The notes beneath the pieces were generated by a model, which made no database searches, was not told the DNA's origin, and was given only the letters and a program-made list of their open reading frames with translations. Shown here piece after piece: positions 35,373 to 47,295 of a stretch of DNA of 64,000 nt. The translations under genes were made by a program, and so were the position numbers. Position 1 is the first letter of the stretch. The number at the start of each line of letters is the position of its first letter. The stretch comes from Macrostomum lignano (taxonomy: Eukaryota): NCBI GenBank assembly GCA_002269645.1, contig NIVC01002022.1, positions 1 to 64,000 of the forward strand. Reading direction: 5' to 3'.

Positions 35373-36071
35373 TCAGTACTTCTTGACGAACTTGGCCCAG
35401 CTCGGGTCGGTCTCGATGGCGTCGCCGACGCTCGAGTCAGCGAAGTCCAGCATGCGGCAGGGGCCGCTGGCCCGGTTGAACAGGACGGCCCGGCACTCCC
35501 AGCGATGCACGCAGAGCCACAGGCAGCGAAACTCCGAGCTCACCGAGGCGTCAGTGTAGCAGTAGATAGGACTGATGTTGCCCAGCCTCAGGAACTCCGC
35601 TCGTCGAAGGTATTCGCTGTTCGGCGTCGCGATCGGCTGGCAGACAAATTTTCTCTTCAGATAGCCGCCTTGGTCTCGCAAGCCTGCAAAGCTGATTGCT
35701 ACAAAGTCATCGTCATTCGTAATGCTGTTCGGCAAGCCGGACACCCAGTCGCTGTTATCCAAAATCGGAAACAGCGAGCCGTTGGCGAATCTCCAGCCGC
35801 TGCGAGACGTGCCCGCCTCAACCAGGAGGTCCGTCACTCCGATGAAGTAATAATCAAGCCAGTGATTGACAGCTCGGATGGCAGTCAGGTCCATCAGCAG
35901 CTCTCCGCCGATGCCCAGGCACAGTCTGGCTGCGTCGCACCAGCTGGATCGGCTGCTGCTGATGTAGACGCAGCTGCCCAGTCTGTCGATGAACGGAGCG
36001 ACGCAGGCGGCAGACGCGAGAGCTGCCAGCCCCGCAAACAGCGTCAGCTTGAGCAGCTGCTTTGGTGGCAT
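35373..36071 (-). CDS. C-type lectin-like + PAN/Apple protein, copy 3 (232 aa)
   Basis: Intact paralogue with a 2-aa deletion in the first loop (YISSSRSSW) and loop SITNDDDFVAISFAGLRDQGGYLKRK. Start taken at MPPKQ (36071). Confidence 0.9.
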   Translation of the reverse strand: MPPKQLLKLTLFAGLAALASAACVAPFIDRLGSCVYISSSRSSWCDAARLCLGIGGELLMDLTAIRAVNHWLDYYFIGVTDLLVEAGTSRSGWRFANGSLFPILDNSDWVSGLPNSITNDDDFVAISFAGLRDQGGYLKRKFVCQPIATPNSEYLRRAEFLRLGNISPIYCYTDASVSSEFRCLWLCVHRWECRAVLFNRASGPCRMLDFADSSVGDAIETDPSWAKFVKKY

Positions 36072-36334
36072 CAGTGAGTCGAATTCGTCTGGCTTGGCTG
36101 TCAACTGGAGTTTTTTATGACAAATATTTGGCCCTAAATTTAGCGAGTCTGTACGCTTGCATTTATAGACAGCTGCAGCCAATCAGTCGTAGCCAACCGA
36201 CCGTCCAGTGCAGCAGCGCCGACTTTGGAGGCTGGCTTTGAAAGATTCTAATAGGTCTTGCAGCATTCTCGTATCTACAAGTGGCTATATGCAGTAAAGA
36301 AATAGTAGACTTTACTCACTAACAAGTTTTTTAT

Positions 36335-36420
36335 GGTAGTGGGCCGAGCACCCCAGCGGTAAACGCGTCTATGATCTGACTGTGGCATTGCGACACCCCT
36401 GGTTCGACTCGCCATATAAA
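36335..36420 (+). mobile_element. tRNA-like SINE head
   Basis: CAGCGGTAAACGCG...CCTGGTTCGACTC A/B-box-like motifs without a complete cloverleaf. Confidence 0.4.
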
Positions 36421-38865
36421 TAAATCGTAATGCATAGGCTTTTGTAGCGAAAACCTGCCAACATTAACGGCTTTAACTTAGCGCTCCCCAGATGCAGGGT
36501 ACGTTATTACTACGAACACTACACAATGTAAATTGAAGTTACCACTGAATAATTATGCAATAATGCAGTAATTCTTCCAACCAAAAGGACTCTTTTGCAC
36601 TCATTGCAACTGCGATTCTCCATCTATTTCTTGATATCATAATTTTCATTCTGCACCAATTCCAACAGTAATGAGCACTTACTGTTGTGTGCTCATCTTC
36701 TTGCAGTTCCGGTCCGTTCACGAGAGCAACTTTAGTGTTCAAATAATACGTCTGAGTTTCACTTTGACACAGAGCTGCGCCCTATTGATGTCAATCAATT
36801 TACTGACAGCAATCAGGCCCTCCAGAAAGGGCATCTTGTCCCAGAAATAATGGAATAAAGTCAGGTGCCCCTATCTGTTACTCTAGGGGTATTGAAATCA
36901 ACGTCAATCAGAACTCAATGAAGCGTCTGAGAGTATCGGAATCTGTCCAGAAAGGATCCTATCCAATGCCTTAGGAATAAGGAGACCTGTAATTGTGGAA
37001 TTGACCAAAATCGGTTTATAAATGATAGGCCCATAACAACTCTGCTCTTGATAATCAACTAACAAATTAAGACTCACAAAAGGCTTATCGAATGGCATGA
37101 TTTTGTATGCTGAGAGATGCAGTCCCGGTAGCATTCTTCCTCTCTTTCAGTCTTTCTTGGGACTGCTCCGAGTCTGAGGTTTTCGGGCTCTTCCAGCGTT
37201 TGTATTAAGGAAACTTTGCAAAAACACAAGTTTATTTCAGTTCAGTTTGATTGGGTAAAAACACCAATTCTCAGGAATTTGAGCCTTTGAAAGTTGAATA
37301 GCATTTTAGTAAGCGCACAATGGGGTGCGAAGACACTGTTTACCCTACGAGCATTTGATGTCGTGATTCGTTTTTTACGCTCTAACGGGTTATCTTGGTT
37401 CATCTCTTGCGTCATACATAGCAACGTGTTTCATACTTTTAATTTTCCTGCATATGTTTAGGTTTATTCTACTTATAGTAGCATTTTATGAATGATCAAC
37501 ACTCTACACAATCAGTTAAACAAAAATTCTTACGATTTCTTAGTAATTCGATGGAGAATTTAGAAAATTTTTGCAGTTCCCGAAAACCCCGAATATCCCT
37601 GAACACCCCCAGCCTACAGGACACCGCACTGGTCTGTAGTTCGATAGCAAATCTACATTCTGACAGATCATAAATGGCTTTTAGCGTATAAAATTTTAGT
37701 CGTGAAAGTTTTGTAGCTCATCGCTATATTGTCTCACGAATGAATCAACCTATCTGCCTTCTCCATGAGTCAGTAAACAGTGAGTTCTAGTTTCTTAGCT
37801 AGCTAAACTGGCGAAAAGTTACAGAAAGCTTTTACCATGGCTTTGAAAACTTCATCAGTCTAGTCAGTGTCTCCTTTGTACTGCCTATCCATCTCCCACG
37901 GCTAGCAGTTCAATGGGAGAAATGTGGTGGAATTGAGAACCTTACCAAAAGCAAGTATTTACAGTAAGACAGCTAATGGACGACAATGCAACCAACATTG
38001 TCAATAATCGAGGGAAAGCCAAGCCAATATGGTTGTCTTCCACTAGTCTTGCTTAGACATTGATGGATCGCAATGGCTGGAATTGTCTACCTGCAGAGTG
38101 ATATCGAAACCCATCATGTCGAAAATCATTCCCAGTTGGCGCACATGTGACATTAACCCATTTGAATAGATTGATTTTTTGACGCACAAGGGAAAATAAA
38201 TTAGGAAGGATCACAGCAGATAAGTGGAGAGGATGTCACTCACCTACAATCGCCATGATGACGACTATGCTGAGTCAAACTGGAACCAGCAAATACAATG
38301 CAACCAGGAGAGCTGTTTCTGAGGATGACGCTCGCAAACCTGACTCTATTGAGCTATATGGTTTGGGAAAATGGTTTCTCATTCGAACAAAATCACCAGT
38401 AAATTTATTAGCAGGAGTAGCCCAAGAAGTAGAGCCTCTGTGTCCTGCATTCGTGCCATGCAATTTAACACTACGTACGCCACTACGTACGATAGTGACT
38501 ACATTCCTGATGATGAGATACACGTCTGAGGAATAGGCATAACTGCTGCCTATTGGATGACATTTCGCTACACTGATGATAAAAATGAGAATGTATAAGC
38601 ATTGATTAATCCATTGCAAAATGTGTTTGCAAATCATTTTGATGAATAAAAGCTTTCTAAAAACTAATAAATTTAGCCCACTTTCACTTGTGACCGGGTA
38701 CAGGGATTATTTTCCCATTTTCGAGATCGTATATTTCAGTTCTATCGAACAATAAAAGCGATACATTGAATTGCAAGCTGCAAAACACATAAGGAATACG
38801 CAAACTCCTTCTCAGCTTAATTACGAGCGTAAATTGTTTCAAAAGATTTTTTTCTTAATCATCTG

Positions 38866-39570
38866 TCAGTACTTCTTGACGAACTTGGCCCAGCTCGGGT
38901 CGGTCTCGATGGCGTCGCCGACACTCGAGTCAGCGAAGTCCAGCATGCGGCAGGCGCCGCTGGCCCGGTTAAACAGGACGGCCCGGCACTCCCAGCGCTG
39001 CACGCAAAGCCAAAGGCAGTGAAGCTCCGAGCTCACCGAGGCGTCAGTGTAGCAGTAGACAGGACTGATGTTGCCCAGCCTCAGGAACTCCGCTCGTTGA
39101 AGATATTCGTTGTTCGGCGTCGCGATGGGCTGGCAGATAAATCTTTTGTCCGAATTCGCGGGTCTGTCTCGCAAGCCCGCCTTGGTGACACCTACAAAGT
39201 CATCGTCATTCGAATCACTGTTCGGCAAGCCAGACTTCCAGTCGCTGTCATCCAAAGCCGGAAACAGCGAGCCGTTGGCGAATCTCCAGCTGCTGCGAGA
39301 CCTGCCCGCCTCAACCAGGAGGTCCGTCACTCCGATGTAGTAAAAATCAAGCTCGTGATTGACGGCTCGGATGGCAGTCAGGTCCATCAGCAGCTCTCCG
39401 CCGATGCCCAGGCACAGTCTGGCTGCGTCGCACCAGCTGGAAACGCTGGGGTTGTCGCCGATGAAGACGCAGCTGCCCAGCCTGTCGATGAACGGAGCGA
39501 CGCAGGTGGCAGAGGCGATGGCTGCCAGCCCCGCAAACAGCGTCAGCTTGAGCAGCTGCTTCGGTGGCAT
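38866..39570 (-). CDS. C-type lectin-like + PAN/Apple protein, copy 4 (234 aa)
   Basis: Intact paralogue with loop SDSNDDDFVGVTKAGLRDRPANSDKR. Confidence 0.9.
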   Translation of the reverse strand: MPPKQLLKLTLFAGLAAIASATCVAPFIDRLGSCVFIGDNPSVSSWCDAARLCLGIGGELLMDLTAIRAVNHELDFYYIGVTDLLVEAGRSRSSWRFANGSLFPALDDSDWKSGLPNSDSNDDDFVGVTKAGLRDRPANSDKRFICQPIATPNNEYLQRAEFLRLGNISPVYCYTDASVSSELHCLWLCVQRWECRAVLFNRASGACRMLDFADSSVGDAIETDPSWAKFVKKY

Positions 39571-40011
39571 CAGCGAGTCTCAAGTCGGTCAGCTTGGAGC
39601 AGCTTAATTTGTGAGCAATTTGAAATATTCTTGGTTGCAAACTAGTGGTATTCTGCAAAATGTGAGGTTAAATCTACAGTCAGTCTGTACGCTCGCATTT
39701 ATAGAGAGCTGCAGCCAATGACTCGTAGCCAACCAATCGTCCAGTGCAGCAGCACCGACTTTGGAGACTGGCTTTGAAAGGCGCCCAATAGGTTTCACAG
39801 CATTCTCGTATCTACACGTAGCTGTGAAGCAAGTAAAGAAATTGAATTCTGTATTTTATTGAGTTAGAAATTTTGTAGGACGCAAGTCCTAAAAGTGGGA
39901 ACTAGAAAAATGCTCAACAACAGTCGAAACTGCTACCCTTCAAGCAAATCGGCATATTTCGCACTTCTCTCTGCGAGTGACGCAACTTACAGCACGCTGA
40001 AGTCAATACGA

Positions 40012-40500
40012 GCACACCCTCCATTGGCACTCTACGAGCACACCCTCCATTGGCACTCTACGAGCAGACCCTCCATTGGCACTCTACGAACACACCCTCC
40101 ATTGGCACTCTACGAGCAGACCCTCCATTGGCACTCTACGAGCACACCCTCCATTGGCACTCTACGAGCAGACCCTCCATTGGCACTCTACGAACACACC
40201 CTCCATTGGCACTCTACGAGCAGACCCTCCATTGGCACTCTACGAACACACCCTCCATTGGCACTCTACGAGCAGACCCTCCATTGGCACTCTACGAGCA
40301 CACCCTCCATTGGCACTCTACGAGCACACCCTCCATTGGCACTCTACGAACACACCCTCCATTGGCACTCTACGAGCAGACCCTCCATTGGCACTCTACG
40401 AACACACCCTCCATTGGCACTCTACGAGCACACCCTCCATTGGCACTCTACGAGCACACCCTCCATTGGCACTCTACGAGCGTACCCTCCATTCGCACTC
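40012..40500 (+). repeat. 26-bp minisatellite (CATTGGCACTCTACGAGCACACCCTC)n
   Basis: About 18 copies. Equals the 20-mer at 11.5 kb plus a 6-nt insertion. Confidence 0.95.
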
Positions 40501-40699
40501 CATGAACTGTTGTGTTTTTCGCTTCTTTGATGAACCAAATTGAATTCGTGAAGACAAAAACTACTGCGAGTTGGAAAACTCAATATGAGAGCTCTTGGCT
40601 CTCTAGTGCGCTTGTATATTTTCACCTAACGATCGCTGGTTTAAAGCCCCATTGCCTGTATCGTGCGACTCCTCAGCATGTCCATGCGAAATATCTTGC

Positions 40700-41500
40700 A
40701 ACAATACAATGCATTTTAGCTATCAGTGCCAAAACACCTCCTCCCTCCTTGAATGGGATGAGTGTGCTGACTGTCAAAAAATCACTGCTTCTATGTACTC
40801 ATAGTGCTGATGCCTTGTTGAGGGGAGCCGATTGAGCCATAGACGAATCAGCACATCCGTTTCCCTGCTGCCGATACTCGGAAGTTGCAGTTGCAGTTGC
40901 CATAGAACCTTTTCGTGCACTTCCGGGTTGTCTTGTGAACCTGCTGCCAATGTTTCACCAGACTGACCGGATCCGCTCGATTCCACATCCGCTCCTGTGG
41001 ATTCAGTTGCACCTTGGTTGCACGAACGAAATCGCTGGACACAGACACAGCTCTCTCTCTCTGAGGCAGGCTCCTTGGCAGCACGACCCTGCAGAGTCCT
41101 CGCAGAAAGCGATTTCCCTGAGTTGTCATTTCATTCGAAATCGCTTTATGGCTGCGGTTTCGGCTGTCACGAAATTGACCAATTCGGATTTGCGTTCTTT
41201 AATAATTTGATTTCTTCGCTGGACCTCGAACTTGCAAATATATCTGCTTGCTTCAAGAGCGTCCCTTCTGAAAACTGAACAACGCCAATCTCGCACGTCT
41301 CTGTTGACGTAGCCGTGTCCATCAGCCTTGACAAAGCATCCAACTTCATAGCAGCTGATTTCCTAGAGGCGATTGTGTAGTTGTATCCCGACAAGATGAT
41401 CGCCCATCTCTGGGGTCTAGCTGATATGCGCTCTGGAAGTTGCTTTGACTGCCCGAAAATGAACCAAAGCCGAAACGACTTAAGGACTATTTAATTCCTT
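40700..41500 (-). mobile_element. Degenerate Gypsy pol fragment (RNase H end to integrase N-terminus)
   Basis: FIFGQSKQLPERISARPQRWAIILSGYNYTIASRK...DALSRL, then RFLRGLCRVVLPRSL. Multiple stops and frameshifts. Confidence 0.72.
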
Positions 41501-41652
41501 GATAATAAACTATCTAGCTAATGATTTGCACAACTTGTTTCTGGTTTCATCTAAGGTTTAAGGTCTGGGGGCCGTTTCGTATCCCGAGTTAAATCAAAAG
41601 CAGAATTTCAACTATTGGTACGACAAATTAAGGCATAACATAATCAAGTTGA

Positions 41653-43863
41653 TGTAACCACGCTCTGGTCGCGGGATAGGGCATGGGAACTTTTTCGAAA
41701 GTGCCTCCTATCCCGTGCACCCTCTGCACAGAGCTGTCGAGACTCGGCCAGGTCTCCGACCGGGCCTGGAGACTCCCGCTCTGCTGCACCCCTCCTGCTG
41801 CCTTGGTCCCGTCTCTCCTGCCGCCACACCTGCCTTTCCGGAGCCCCTACCCCTTTCTGTACCTCCCCCTCTACCCTATCTCTTCTGTTCCCGCCTTATT
41901 CTTCCTGTACTTTCTCTACCTCCTCCCTTTTTTTTGTCTCCCTCTGCACTCTTTTCCTGCGCTGTCCCCTCTTTCCCTGTGTCTACTTACAGTACTTTGT
42001 GTGCTCACCGTCTCCCCATCCCCTCTCAAACTCCCAAACGGTGACGCAAGTCGTGTGACCCCTTCTCCCCCTCGGTGACTCATCGATGACTCATCCCCCT
42101 CTCTTGCGCAACCTTTTCTCACGCTATTGTTCTCCTTCCCAAATTTCTCATGTGACACCCACCCCACCTCCGCTTCTATTGTTCTCGTTTTTGCTTCTTT
42201 TGTTCTCTCGACCCCACCAATTATCACATTTTCTCCGATTTTCTCTTTCTTTTGTTCTCGTTTTCGCACCTAATTATCACCTTTTCTCCAATGTTTACTT
42301 TTCCATTGTTCTCAGTTTTCCCCAATTATCCCCGATTTCCAATTCCTTTGTTCTCGACCCCAGCCCTATTGTTCTCAATGTTTGCTTGCGCAACACTTTC
42401 GCGACCACCCGCTGCGCCAATTATCCCCCCCCCACCTCCGGATTGCGCAATTTCCCGATTTCTCATGTTGCTATGCCGGTCTCATGCTTCTCATCATGAC
42501 TCATTCTGACGTCATTCTGCCGGCAGCCAATCAGAGAGAGGGAGCCATGGTAACGACCTTGAGGAGGCGGCTGTGAAGTCTATAAAAGGAAGCGATTTCG
42601 GCATGAGAATACTCAACTGAGTTTATCTCTGTTCCTCTCCTCGTCCTTCTTTGGACTTGCTGTCAGATTGAGTTCTGACCCATTCGTCTATAAGACGAAT
42701 CCCTGCCGGCCCGCGGTCTGTTACCGCCAAGTTATCCTTAGCTCCCCAAGTGAGCTCGCCTATCGGCCAGCGGTCTGATACCGCCCAGCATCATCAGCAT
42801 CGCCTGATCTACATCAGCGCCTCGTCGCTCCAGCGCATCGCCGCTTCACCGTCTGCCTGACTGCAGCCTACAGCCGCCCTCGGTCACTCCGCCTCTCTCT
42901 CTCTCTGTGCAGCTGCCGGTAAGTTCCTGCTACTAATTTGTGCTCTAATTGCCTTTGCTTATCCGGGGTTTGCCTATTTTCCATTGTCTGATTAGAGAGC
43001 TGAGCCAATTGTGATACCGTATCTTTTGCTGTATTTTACTCAATAGTGAAGCCGCCTAATTGCCTGCTTATTTGCCTAAGGGCCTAATTATTAACTATTA
43101 AACTAACTTCATCATTATTCAATCTTTCACCATCATTTCACTCATGGCTTGCTAAGCCTTTCTCCCGGGGTGGCAAAGCATAAGGAAGTTTGGGTAAGCT
43201 AATGGCCTCTCCCCGTGCAAAGCCCGCCTGTGAGGGCGTGCTGCGGGGCCGCGTGTGCGTGCAGTAGAGGGATTAGCGAGTCTTGGCACAGCATGGCAGT
43301 AGGAAGGTTGCAACCCCATGCTGACGCGTCCCTTCGCCCTGAGCAATCTAAACTGTAGACAGTACATGTTCGCCTCATACTACTCTTAGTAATCAAAGTC
43401 GCAAGTCAGCCTCGCTCACAGCCACAAAGGATCCCCTGCTGAGAAATCCTCCAGGATTGAGCCCAGAGTTCCCGATCATGCCCCAAGCAGAGTCCCTGTA
43501 CTCGGCTGCATGCGTCTCCCCTGTTAGCCTAAATCCCCTGGTAACCAATCCAGGCGGGGCTCTAGCCTCGAGAGGTCTGGTAGAAAGATCCAGGTGCGCC
43601 AGGTCACATAGAGTGGTGGCAGCCACTCGGTCATACTATGACCGAGTGACCAACTATTGCACCTTGGCTACAGGTGGGGTCCATGTGGGTCCTTGGCCCT
43701 CTGGTCACGAAGCGCTACCAAAGCTACTAATCATGTGGGCGGGACAGTCTGGTGCTGGAGGTCCGTCAGGTCATTGCCCGGTCATAGGCAGCCTACGGTC
43801 ATTGCCCCCTCTAGTCATGCGTTCGTCTCTCTACGGAGCGGACAGGCGACAAGGGCGGTTACA
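41653..43863 (+). mobile_element. 2.2-kb solo-LTR-like element
   Basis: Termini TGTAACCAC...GCGGTTACA. Pyrimidine-rich 5' half. CTATAAAAGG at about 42580. No coding capacity, no direct TSD. Confidence 0.55.
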
Positions 43864-43909
43864 TCAAAGTGCAAATTTGACTGATTCGAACACGTAATGC
43901 TTGTAATGT

Positions 43910-45740
43910 CTGCACAGTGTTCAGTGAGGTGTCTGCACTGGGTTTCAGTGAGATGCCTGCACTGAGGTTCAGTGAGGTGTCTGCACTGGGTTTCAGTGAG
44001 ATGCCTGCACTGGGGTTCAGTGAGGTGTCTGCACAGTGTTCAGTGAGGTGTCTGCACTGGGTTTCAGTGAGATGCCTGCACTGAGGTTCAGTGAGGTGTC
44101 TGCACTGGGTTTCAGTGAGATGCCTGCACTGGGGTTCAGTGAGGTGTCTGCACAGTGTTCAGTGAGGTGTCTGCACAGTGTTCAGTGAGGTGTCTGCACT
44201 GGGTTTCAGTGAGGTGTCTGCACTGGGTTTCAGTGAGATGCCTGCACTGAGGTTCAGTGAGGTGTCTGCACTGGGTTTCAGTGAGGTGCCTGCACTGGGG
44301 TTCAGTGAGGTGTCTGCACAGTGTTCAGTGAGGTGTCTGCACTGGGGTTCAGTGAGGTGCCTGCACTGGGGTTTCAGTGAGATGCCTGCACTGAGGTTCA
44401 GTGAGGTGTCTGCACTGGGTTTCAGTGAGGTGCCTGCACTGGGGTTCAGTGAGGTGTCTGCACAGTGTTCAGTGAGGTGTCTGCACTGGGGTTCAGTGAG
44501 GTGCCTGCACTGGGGTTTCAGTGAGATGCCTGCACTGAGGTTCAGTGAGGTGTCTGCACTGGGTTTCAGTGAGGTGCCTGCACTGGGGTTCAGTGAGGTG
44601 TCTGCACAGTGTTCAGTGAGGTGTCTGCACTGGGGTTCAGTGAGGTGCCTGCACTGGGGTTTCAGTGAGATGCCTGCACTGAGGTTCAGTGAGGTGTCTG
44701 CACTGGGTTTCAGTGAGGTGCCTGCACTGGGGTTCAGTGAGGTGTCTGCACAGTGTTCAGTGAGGTGTCTGCACTGGGGTTCAGTGAGGTGCCTGCACTG
44801 GGGTTTCAGTGAGATGCCTGCACTGAGGTTCAGTGAGGTGTCTGCACTGGGTTTCAGTGAGGTGCCTGCACTGGGGTTCAGTGAGGTGTCTGCACAGTGT
44901 TCAGTGAGGTGTCTGCACTGGGGTTCAGTGAGGTGCCTGCACTGGGGTTCAGTGAGGTGTCTGCACAGTGTTCAGTGAGGTGTCTGCACAGTGTTCAGTG
45001 AGGTGTCTGCACTGGGGTTCAGTGAGGTGCCTGCACTGGGGTTTCAGTGAGATGCCTGCACTGAGGTTCAGTTGTGTCTGCACTGGGGTTCAGTGAGGTG
45101 TCTGCACTGGGATTCAGTGAGGTGTCTGCACTGGGGTTCAGTGAGGTATCTGCATTGGGGTTCAGTGAGGTATCTGCATTGGGGTTCAGTGAGGTGCCTG
45201 CACTGGGGTTCAGTGAGGTGTCTGCATTGGGGTTCAGTGAGGTGTCTGCACTGGGTTCAGTGAGGTGTCTGCACTGGGTTCAGTGAGGTGTCTGCACTGG
45301 GGTTCAGTGAGGTGTCTGCACTGGGGTTCAGTGAGGTGTCTGCACTGGGTTCAGTGAGGTGTCTGCACTGGGTTCAGTGAGGTGTCTGCACTGGGGTTCA
45401 GTGGTGCCTGCACTGGGGTTCAGTGAGGTATCTGCATTGGGGTTCAGTGAGGTATCTGCATTGGGGTTCAGTGAGGTGCCTGCACTGGGGTTCAGTGAGG
45501 TGACTGTATTGGGGTTCAGTGGTGTCTGCATTGGGGTTCAGTGAGGTGCCTGCACTGGGGTTCAGCGAGTTGTCTGCACTGGGGTTCAGTGAGGTGTCTG
45601 CACTGGGGTTTCAGTGAGGTGCCTGCACTGGGGTTCAGTGAGGTGTCTGCACTGGGGTTCAGTGAGGTGCCTGCACTGGGTTTCAGTGAGGTGTCTGCAC
45701 TGGGGTTCAGTGAGGTGCCTGCACTGAGGTTCAGTCAAGT
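43910..45740 (+). repeat. 24-bp satellite (CAGTGAGGTGTCTGCACTGGGGTT)n with 144-bp higher-order unit
   Basis: Variant GAGATGCC monomer recurs every 144 bp (44235, 44379, 44523...). Explains the FSEVSALG ORFs. Confidence 0.96.
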
Positions 45741-46559
45741 GTCAATCAAGGACTGTATGCACTTTTTCACGCTTTGTGCCCGCCACAGCAGCTTGCGTGA
45801 ATCTTTTTGAGCGTAGCGTGGCGTTGGCTCATTTTTCTGTTGATATCTTTGGGCAAAGTAGGCAGTGTTGCAGCGTTTTACTTAACAGTTTTTCGTGTTC
45901 TTCTTTGTCTAGTGAGGCGCCTTCTCTTATTTAGATTAATTAGGCCTCGCATAGGAGAGCACGAGTTGCTAAGCACTCGCTTTGCTGGGCTAAGCAACGA
46001 GAGAGGCTGAGTGGCTGGGGAGCCTCAGCTACTAAGAGTAGAAATTGTGATGCGCGACGGACTAATAGCCAACAGTTCCGGGCGGCATGGACTCCCTCAG
46101 TGCCAGAGGACTATTGAGGTCATCCGGGCCTGATCACGATGCTGCACCGAGGCACCGCCGAACTGTTGGCTGCGTGCAGAGCCTGTAGGTGTTCGAAGCC
46201 GCTGGTCTTGCAGCATACAACCGCATCTGATCATCTTATTGCCGCGTGAAAGGTCACCCGCCAGCTTTGAATCTCGCCAGCGTCAGAACCCACTGCAGAA
46301 AAATTTCCCGAGTAGCGGAATCCTCCACAGCTTATACAAATTAGAAACAACATGCAAATGTTTTAATTGCCGATTAATGTAATTAGCCAAAGTTTGCCGG
46401 GACGAGTGGCTTCGGTTCTTTAAACGAGAGATAAAGTGGTGTTGGCTGGCTGAGTGACACGAAAAACTTCAACTTTAACTTCAACTTTTCTTTGAACTTC
46501 AACTTCAACTTTCAAACTTCAACAAAGGTTATTCTTTTGTTAGAATGCTCTCTGTCTTG

Positions 46560-47295
46560 GCTGCAATGTGTCCAGTTATCGGGTTGCAATGTGTCCAGTT
46601 ATCGGGTTGCAATGTGTCCAGTTATCGGGTTGCAATGTGTCCAGTTATCGGGTTGCAATGTGTCCAGTTATCGGGTTGCAATGTGTCCAGTTATCGGGTT
46701 GCAATGTTTCCAGTTATCGGGTTGCAATGTGTCCAGTTATCGGGTTGCAATGTGTCCAGTTATCGGGTTGCAATGTGTCCAGTTATCGGGTTGCAATGTG
46801 TCCAGTTATCGGGTTGCAATGTGTCCAGTTATCGGGTTGCAATGTGTCCAGTTATCGGGTTGCAATGTCCAGTCTTCGGGTTGCAATGTGTCCAGTCATC
46901 GGGTTGCAATGTGTCCAGTCATCAAGTTGCAATGTGTCCAGTCATCAAGTTGCAATGTGTCCAGTCATCAAGTTGCAATGTGTCCAGTTATCGGGTTGCA
47001 ATGTGTCCAGTCATCGAGTTGCAATGTGTCCAGTCATCGAGTTGCAATGTGTCCAGCTATCGGGTTGCAATGTGTCCAGTTATCGGGTTGCAATGTGTCC
47101 AGTCATCGGGTTGCAATGTGTCCAGTTATCGGGTTGCAATGTGTCCAGTCATCGAGTTGCAATGTGTCCAGCTATATCGAGTTGCAATGTGTCCAATCAT
47201 CGGGTTGCAATGTGTCCAGTCATCGGGTTGCAATGTGTCCAGTCATCGGGTTGCAATGTGTCCAGCTATCGGGTTGCAATGTGTCCAGTCATAGG
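46560..47295 (+). repeat. 23-bp minisatellite (GTGTCCAGTTATCGGGTTGCAAT)n
   Basis: About 31 copies, with a variant gradient toward the right end. Confidence 0.96.

Noticed and set aside
36335-36420. Genuine tRNA genes here or at 17.2/27.7 kb
   Set aside because: A/B boxes are present but acceptor and anticodon stems do not close. Treated as SINE heads.
43910-45070. RAG RSS heptamer CACAGTG recurring in the 24-bp satellite near the variable lectins
   Set aside because: It is one substitution variant of the CACTGGG/CAGTG monomer. No nonamer at 12/23 spacing was seen, and it does not flank gene segments.
45990-46300. Possible RTE-type LINE 3' fragment on the minus strand
   Set aside because: Only vague similarity in stop-ridden frames, not enough to call.
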